From an uncultured Chloroflexia bacterium (GTDB taxonomy: Bacteria > Chloroflexota > Ktedonobacteria > Ktedonobacterales > JADMIN01), in contig CAVRAI010000015.1 in NCBI GenBank assembly GCA_963718915.1, positions 120,001 through 152,000 of the forward strand: a stretch of 32,000 bases of DNA, written 5' to 3'. The notes under the pieces were generated by a model. It worked only from the letters and a program-made list of their open reading frames with translations. It had not been told where the DNA came from and searched no databases. A program made the position numbers and the translations under genes. Each line of letters begins with the position of its first letter. Positions within the stretch are counted from its first letter, which is position 1. Shown in pieces: positions 26,986-32,000 of the stretch.

Positions 26986-27603
26986 TCAGGCGACAGTGAA
27001 CGCCTGGGAGTAGACCGTCGTCAGCGGGCTGGACTTCGGCTGGAGCCTGGGCGCGCCCGCGAGTAGCCCGCCTTTGAGCGATCCAGCGGCCTGTGGCGGA
27101 GGAATGGTAAATGTGGAGTAGCTCAGCGCCAGGCGATATGTTCCCGCTGGGAGCGCGGTCTTTGCGGCGATGCTGGCGCTACGGCTGCCTTTGGGCGCGA
27201 TCTGGACGACATCGGCCATAGTGGCGTCCGCGCAAGGCGAAATCGCGGCGGTTTGCCAGCCCTGCGCCGTCTTTATCTGGGCTTCCACCACCGTACAGCC
27301 CGCTTTGCCGCTCGTGGCGAAGATGGGCGTCGCGGTATGATTCGTGATGGTGACATGAATGGTGTCCCCGGGTTGGTAGCTCTGGTGGTCGGTAGTGATA
27401 ATCACATTCGTCATGACGGGCGTACTCCCTCCCGGCGTAGGCAGGTGCGACGCGGGCGACCCAGGTGTTGGAGACGGCGCTGAGCCACCAATTTGCGAGT
27501 GCGCCCCCGGCTGCGCGCCACATCCGACCAGCAGCAGCGCGGCAATCGTTAGGACGGCTGACGCGGCGAGCGCACTCCCGCGCGCGAGCTGACGAGCGGA
27601 CAT
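26986..27603 (-). CDS. Lipoprotein with a Pro/Ser-rich linker and a beta-sandwich-like domain (hypothetical)
   Basis: ATG 27603 follows AGGAGG. Signal peptide with lipobox (AVLTIAALLLVGC). The tracked 314-aa ORF extends across a non-triplet tandem repeat and into the DUF971 start, so the extension is rejected. Confidence 0.75.
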   Translation of the reverse strand: MSARQLARGSALAASAVLTIAALLLVGCGAQPGAHSQIGGSAPSPTPGSPASHLPTPGGSTPVMTNVIITTDHQSYQPGDTIHVTITNHTATPIFATSGKAGCTVVEAQIKTAQGWQTAAISPCADATMADVVQIAPKGSRSASIAAKTALPAGTYRLALSYSTFTIPPPQAAGSLKGGLLAGAPRLQPKSSPLTTVYSQAFTVA

Positions 27604-27613
27604 CGCGACCTCC

Positions 27614-27668
27614 TGTCTGTTGGCTATCTGTTGGCTGTCTGTTGGCTGTCTGTTGGCTATCTGTCGCC
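27614..27668. repeat. Tandem repeat, 5 x 11 bp (plus strand TRTCTGTTGGC; mRNA sense GCCAACAGAYA)
   Basis: Units at 27614, 27625, 27636, 27647 and 27658; the last is degenerate. The array runs directly into the Shine-Dalgarno of the lipoprotein gene (sense strand ...GCCAACAGACAGGAGGTCGCGATG). Confidence 0.9.
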
Positions 27669-27871
27669 TTCGACGGTAACTCCTGCCCCACAGGCTGCTC
27701 GCAATTCTACCATCCCATAGCCTGCAGAAACTGGACCAGATTACCGATTCTGGCATGCGGTAATTGCACGTATCTGCGTCTGCTCTTGCCAACGCTACGA
27801 GAGGTGCGGCATTGATTCTTTCTAACGTACAATAGAGATAGATTTGTTCCTGCGAGAGAGAAGACCCTACG

Positions 27872-28219
27872 ATGAGACTACCGAACGACCTGATGCCCGT
27901 CTCGTACCTGATGGACGAAGACGCGCGCACGCTCTATATTTCCTGGTCTGATGGCCATGAGAGCAGACACCCCTATGCGGCGCTCCGGCGCGCCTGCCCC
28001 TGCGCATGGTGCGCGGGCGAGGGGGGCCAGAAGGGCAGCGTAGACCGTGATACCGTCTTTACCGACCAGCAGACGACGCTCTATGAACTCGTGCCTGTCG
28101 GACGCTACGGACTGACACCTGTCTGGGGTGACGGCCACCGCACAGGCATCTACACGTACGAACGCCTGCGCGCGCTCTGCCAGTGTGATGAGTGCCGCAT
28201 GCTGCGCGGCGAGCGATGA
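27872..28219 (+). CDS. DUF971 domain protein (gamma-butyrobetaine hydroxylase-like N-terminal domain family)
   Basis: LYISWSDGHESRHPYAALRRACPCAWC...YGLTPVWGDGHRTGIYTYERLRAL is typical of DUF971. Confidence 0.8.
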   Translation: MRLPNDLMPVSYLMDEDARTLYISWSDGHESRHPYAALRRACPCAWCAGEGGQKGSVDRDTVFTDQQTTLYELVPVGRYGLTPVWGDGHRTGIYTYERLRALCQCDECRMLRGER

Positions 28220-28221
28220 TG

Positions 28222-28392
28222 CGCATGCGTTGAGATTGGCTGGCGGCTGAAGCCGCGCCTAAGAGCCTTCGGCTGCCAAGACCGCCTGCGCGGCCTCAAA
28301 GAATAACGGATGGCCTGAACCTGCGCAGGCAGGCTTCGTGGCGGAGCCTTCGCCGCGCGTTTACGCGCCAGGCGTCTACATGTAGACCATTT
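28222..28392. repeat. REP-like stem-loop repeat cluster between DUF971 and purS
   Basis: Hairpins GCGGC-TGAA-GCCGC, AGCC-TTCG-GCT and GCGCG-TTTA-CGCGC. Carries the 32-nt core shared with 99-130 and 294-325 (28316-28347). Perfect palindrome GTCTACATGTAGAC at 28374-28387. Confidence 0.6.
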
Positions 28393-28408
28393 AGGAACGA
28401 GAATAGTT

Positions 28409-28708
28409 ATGAGTGAGACTGCAACAACGGAGGCGGTGGGCCAGCGCTGGCAGGCGCGCGTCGAGGTGACGCTGAAGCCGGTGGTGCTCGATCCCCAGGG
28501 CGACGCCGTGCTGCATGGGCTGCATCAGCTTGGCTTCAACGATGTCTCGCGGGTGCGTGTCGGCAAATATCTGGAACTCACCCTCGCCGCCGCGAACCAG
28601 CATGACGCCGAAGCGATGGTAAAGCAGATGTGCGACCGCCTCTTGGCAAATCCGGTGATTGAGAGTTATTCTTTTAGTGTGGAACCGGGAAACCCGCCCA
28701 CAGCCTGA
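28409..28708 (+). CDS. purS: Phosphoribosylformylglycinamidine synthase subunit PurS
   Basis: VEVTLKPVVLDPQGDAVLHGLHQLGFNDVSRVRVGKYLELTL...MCDRLLANPVIESYSF is the PurS signature. Confidence 0.9.
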   Translation: MSETATTEAVGQRWQARVEVTLKPVVLDPQGDAVLHGLHQLGFNDVSRVRVGKYLELTLAAANQHDAEAMVKQMCDRLLANPVIESYSFSVEPGNPPTA

Positions 28709-28754
28709 GCGGTACGCCGCGGGCATGTGAAAGCGGAAGCCCGGTTGCAAATAT

Positions 28755-28888
28755 GACCTTCGGGGCAGGGTGTGATTCCCGACCGGCGGTATGGCGCGAG
28801 AGCGCCCAGCCCGCGAGCTTCATCCGACGATGAGGCAGATCCGGTGAGAGGCCGGAGCCGACGGTAACAGTCCGGATGGGAGAAGGTC
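28755..28888 (+). promoter_or_regulatory. FMN riboswitch (RFN element) aptamer; expression platform continues to ~29037
   Basis: P1 is GACCTTC (28755-28761) paired with GAAGGTC (28882-28888). Conserved blocks: GGGGCAGGGTG-GATTCCCGACCGGCGGTA, AGCCCGCGAGC, GATCCGGTGAGAGGCCGGAGCCGACGGTAACAGTCCGGATGGGAGAAGG. These are near-identical to the canonical RFN consensus as I recall it (for example the B. subtilis ribD leader). Downstream, CTCCTC (~29004-29009) can pair with the SD GAGGAG (~29024-29029). Confidence 0.93.
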
Positions 28889-29037
28889 GAAGCGTCCGCA
28901 TATCCTCGTCTGTGAGGGTATGTCGCGGCGTGTTCGCCTGCGAGCCGCCCCAGGTCGGTACCTTCGACTGAAGGGGCGCACCTCCTGATAGCGCAGGCAG
29001 CGTCTCCTCAGCCGTAGTAGCCCGAGGAGGCGCCTGT

Positions 29038-29916
29038 ATGGCACAACTCTCTACCGCACCACCATCTTCCCAGCACACAGCACAGCAGTCACCATCACCA
29101 CCAGCGGCGCAGTCCGACAAAGCGGATGCCGCCAGTCAGCGCGGTTCCATGCTCCGGGCGCTCCGGAGCCTGTGGGGATTCTTGCCCGCGCTGGCTCTAG
29201 GAATTGCGTTGCTGATCGGCTGGCAACTGCTGACAGCCAGCGGCTCCATTTCCCCATTCTTGCTGCCCGCGCCCGCCGATGTGCTGCGCGCGTTCTGGCA
29301 GTCGTTCACGAGTGGACTGCTGCCCAGCTATGCCCTGACAACCCTGGAAGAGAGCCTTGTTGGCTTCGCGCTCGGCGCATGTATTGCTGTGCCACTTGGC
29401 TACGCCATCGCGCGTAGCGGGCTGATACGCCGCACCGTCGAGCCGTATTTGGCGGCCAGCCAGGCGCTGCCAGCGGTGGCGCTTGCTCCGCTGCTGGTGC
29501 TCTGGCTCGGCTATGATCTGCCGCCCATTGCCGTGCTCTGTGCGCTGATCGTCTTCTTCCCCGCCGTCATCACGACCGCGCTCAGCGTGCGCATGCTCGA
29601 CCAGGATATCCTCAACGCCGCCCGTACCGATGGCGCGGGATGGTGGGCGTTGCTGCGTCACATCGAGTTGCCGCTGGCGCTGCCGGGCATTCTGGCGGGA
29701 CTGCGAACCAGCCTGACACTTTCCATTACCGGCGCTGTCGTCGGCGAGTTTGTCGTCGGCGACCGTGGGCTGGGTGGTCTGCTCAATATCGCGCGTGGGC
29801 TACTCGATCCCGCGCTGGTCTTTGCCACGTTGCTGATGCTCGCGCTGCTAGCTGCCATGTTCTACCTGCTGGCCCGGCTGATTGAGTGGCGCGTCTCCTA
29901 TCTGGAGGAACACTAG
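29038..29916 (+). CDS. ribX: ABC transporter permease, NitT/TauT (ThiX/SsuC-like) family; riboflavin transporter RibX candidate
   Basis: Six-TM binding-protein-dependent permease with an EAA-type loop (AARTDGAGWWALLRHIELPLALPGILAG). It is directly downstream of the FMN riboswitch. Confidence 0.8.
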   Translation: MAQLSTAPPSSQHTAQQSPSPPAAQSDKADAASQRGSMLRALRSLWGFLPALALGIALLIGWQLLTASGSISPFLLPAPADVLRAFWQSFTSGLLPSYALTTLEESLVGFALGACIAVPLGYAIARSGLIRRTVEPYLAASQALPAVALAPLLVLWLGYDLPPIAVLCALIVFFPAVITTALSVRMLDQDILNAARTDGAGWWALLRHIELPLALPGILAGLRTSLTLSITGAVVGEFVVGDRGLGGLLNIARGLLDPALVFATLLMLALLAAMFYLLARLIEWRVSYLEEH

Positions 29917-29920
29917 AGTC

Positions 29921-30955
29921 ATGATACTCACAAGAATACAGAGGGTTTGGGGCGGCTTCCGCCGCATCGCGGTGGCGGCGCCGCTGATCGTGCTCGTGCT
30001 GGCCACGGCGCTCGCCGGCTGTGGGACGAGCGCCAGTAGCAATGGCTCGACGGCCAGGCTGACGGTTGGGCTGACCTATGTGCCCAATATTCAGTTCGCG
30101 CCGTTCTATGTCGCGCAGGCGCTTGGCTACTATCGCGACGCTGGTCTGAATGTCACCTTCCACCACCACGGCGCCAGTGAGGACGAGTTCGGCGCGCTGG
30201 TTGCCGGGCAGGAAGACGCGATCTTCGCGGGCGGCGACGAGATCGTAGGCGCCCGCGCGCGCAACGTGCCCATCGTGGACGTGGCGACGGTCTATACGCG
30301 CTACCCGGTGGTCGTCATCGTGCCTTCTAGCTCGTCCATCCAGTCGGCGGCTGACCTGCGCGGTCATACGATTGGCGTACCGGGAAAATACGGCGCAACG
30401 TATATCGGGCTGCTCTCGCTGCTCTCATCCGTCGGACTCTCGCAGTCCGATGTCAACATTCAGTCCATCGGCTATACCCAGGTATCGGCGCTGATCACGC
30501 ACAAAGTGGACGCGGTGATGGGTTACGCCAATAACGAGCCGCTACTGCTCCAGAAGGCGGGCATGAGCGTGCGCACGTTCGATGTAAACAACGCGGCGCA
30601 TCCGCTCGTCTCGAATGGGCTGGCGGCGATGGAATCGGTGCTCAAGGCGCGCGGCGGCGATATCAAGAAGCTGGTGGCGGCGACGCTGAAGGGGGTGCAG
30701 TATGTGCTCGCCCATCCACAGGACGCCGTGAACCTGAGCAAATCGTTCGTGCCGGGCCTCGATACCGGCTCCAACGCGACCGATGCGCTCGCCGTGCTCC
30801 AGGCGACGCTGCCGTATCTGCAAATCGACAGCACGAAGGCTGGCTATAACGATCCGGCGAAGTGGACGGGGATGGTGAGCTTTTTGCAGGCGCAGGGGCA
30901 GCTTGCCGCGCCAGTAGACGCCAGCAAGGCCTATAGCAACAGCTATCTGCCGTAA
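29921..30955 (+). CDS. ribY: ABC transporter substrate-binding lipoprotein, NMT1/THI5-like; RibY candidate
   Basis: ATG 29921 follows GGAGGA. Lipobox (VLATALAGC). NMT1/THI5-type body (LTVGLTYVPNIQFAPFYVAQALGYYRDAGLNVTF). Second gene of the riboswitch-controlled operon. Confidence 0.8.
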   Translation: MILTRIQRVWGGFRRIAVAAPLIVLVLATALAGCGTSASSNGSTARLTVGLTYVPNIQFAPFYVAQALGYYRDAGLNVTFHHHGASEDEFGALVAGQEDAIFAGGDEIVGARARNVPIVDVATVYTRYPVVVIVPSSSSIQSAADLRGHTIGVPGKYGATYIGLLSLLSSVGLSQSDVNIQSIGYTQVSALITHKVDAVMGYANNEPLLLQKAGMSVRTFDVNNAAHPLVSNGLAAMESVLKARGGDIKKLVAATLKGVQYVLAHPQDAVNLSKSFVPGLDTGSNATDALAVLQATLPYLQIDSTKAGYNDPAKWTGMVSFLQAQGQLAAPVDASKAYSNSYLP

Positions 30956-30995
30956 ACCTCTGATACCAAATCTGGCTAAGTTGTTGTCGTTGGCG

Positions 30996-31075
30996 AGTGC
31001 GCCGTAGCCTGAAGGCCACGGCGAATGGGCGGAGAAATTCGCCGTAGCGTTTACGCTACGGTCTGCCCCCGAAGG
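30996..31075. repeat. REP-like stem-loop repeat module between convergent genes
   Basis: CCGTAGCC-TGAA-GGCCACGG (31002-31021), then GCGAATGGGCGGAGAAATTCGC, then CCGTAGCG-TTTA-CGCTACGG (31042-31061). Same architecture as 14785-14856 read in inverse orientation, and related to 211-238. Confidence 0.65.
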
Positions 31076-31190
31076 ACAACAATCCAAACGAAATCAGTAT
31101 AAATCTGATCGCGCGAGAAACGATGCCTGGAAAACGATGGTGGGGACGAGTTGTCGGCTCATCCCCACCGTTGCATTCGCGTCAAAACAC

Positions 31191-32000
31191 CTAATGCTTG
31201 ACGTTGGCGATGCTCAGATTGGAAAAGACGACCTCGATGCCATCGTTGCCAATCAGGCCAGTGTCGCCGCTGGTAAAGGTGCTGTCATCGGCGGAGCCAA
31301 CCTGCGTGCCATTGACCGAGAAGACGAAGTGGCTGCCCTGCGCCTGAACAGAGAGTGTATTCGCCTGATTCAGGCCGGTTTTGATCGCGGCATTCGCCGT
31401 CTGCCCAACGATGTCGGTGCTGGTTCCGTTGACCACCTTGCCGAAGCGCCATTTGCCATTGGCGTCAACCTGAAACTCGTAGTAGTTGCCTTTGCTCACG
31501 CGCCGAACGACCATCCCATAAAAATAGGTGATTGGGCCAGAGATCTGCTTCGCCGAGACGGTGGTCACGGCGTCGCCCACCTTATCCGACGGCGCGTAGC
31601 AGATGAAGCCCGCGTTGATATGGTAGCCGCCGCTGCCGAAGAAGCAGTTGCTATCGTCGGTCCACTGGCTCTTCGTGCTGCCGTCGAGCGCGTCCTGATA
31701 GATGAGCGCGCCGCCGCCCGGCCCAGTATTGTTGCCGCCGATGGTGACGCCAGCGACGGTAAGGCCGTTGGCCTGGTTTCTCAGAAAGACAAATCCGCCT
31801 CCAGCCACGGCAACCACCAGCACCAATGCTAGCAGGCAACCGACGATGCAGCCCGCCCGGCTCTTGCGTTGCGGCGGAGTCTGCACCTGGCCGGTCCATG
31901 GCTGGCCAGTCGTGGCGGGATACCCCGTCTGGTAGCCCGGTTGTGCGGGCGGCGCGCCATAGGTGGGCTGCTGTGGAAGCCCATACGCGGGTGTCGGCGG
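31191..32000 (-). CDS. Membrane-anchored hypothetical protein, 5'-partial at the window edge; Pro/Gln/Tyr-rich N-terminal region, one TM helix, beta-rich (possibly LamG/concanavalin-like) ectodomain
   Basis: The frame stays open from 31886 to the window end and reads PPTPAYGLPQQPTYGAPPAQPGYQTGYPATTGQPWTGQ.... TM helix: CIVGCLLALVLVVAVAGGGFVFL. C-terminal part: YYEFQVDANGKWRFGKVVNG...FVFSVNGTQVG. The family call is tentative. Confidence 0.7.
   Translation of the reverse strand, partial: PPTPAYGLPQQPTYGAPPAQPGYQTGYPATTGQPWTGQVQTPPQRKSRAGCIVGCLLALVLVVAVAGGGFVFLRNQANGLTVAGVTIGGNNTGPGGGALIYQDALDGSTKSQWTDDSNCFFGSGGYHINAGFICYAPSDKVGDAVTTVSAKQISGPITYFYGMVVRRVSKGNYYEFQVDANGKWRFGKVVNGTSTDIVGQTANAAIKTGLNQANTLSVQAQGSHFVFSVNGTQVGSADDSTFTSGDTGLIGNDGIEVVFSNLSIANVKH

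Noticed and set aside
26986-27930. Full 314-aa version of the lipoprotein ORF.
   Set aside because: The N-terminal 109 codons cross the 11-nt tandem repeat, whose period is not a multiple of 3, and overlap the DUF971 start. A perfect AGGAGG-N6-ATG followed by a lipoprotein signal peptide begins at 27603.

Overview
High-GC bacterial chromosomal window. Frequent GTG/TTG starts, an FMN-riboswitch-controlled RibXY-type transporter and an InhA/M6 protease suggest a Chloroflexi (Ktedonobacteria-like) genome; that assignment is inference only. The core is a complete F1Fo ATP synthase operon on the minus strand (atpZ-like, atpB, atpE, atpF, atpH, atpA, atpG, atpD, atpC; 6944-14518). Other genes: an M3 oligoendopeptidase; a translationally coupled ECF sigma / anti-sigma pair whose anti-sigma carries an Asp-box propeller; a NarL-type two-component system; an XRE regulator; a small-protein / SAM hydroxide adenosyltransferase (DUF62) / SixA operon; a GT-C-like membrane protein; a PPOX/F420-type protein; a TetR regulator with two membrane proteins; a secreted InhA-like metalloprotease; a lipoprotein; DUF971; purS; and an FMN riboswitch driving a permease plus binding-protein pair with no ATPase gene. 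I found no CRISPR array, rRNA/tRNA, transposase, integrase, or recognisable defence or toxin system. The structure not explained by the genes is: (1) two roughly 2.2-2.4 kb recombinase-less cassettes, each bracketed by a direct repeat that duplicates the 3' end of a resident gene (atpC tail, 4682-6966; PPOX gene, 21246-23761), the first one GC-poor and carrying a decayed gene; (2) a dispersed family of intergenic stem-loop repeats with compensatory stem substitutions; (3) two intergenic tandem-repeat arrays (3 x 24 bp and 5 x 11 bp, the latter abutting a Shine-Dalgarno sequence); and (4) an ATP synthase delta subunit with a ~100-aa low-complexity basic tail. All coordinates and alignments were made by hand from the sequence. 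No database search was run.
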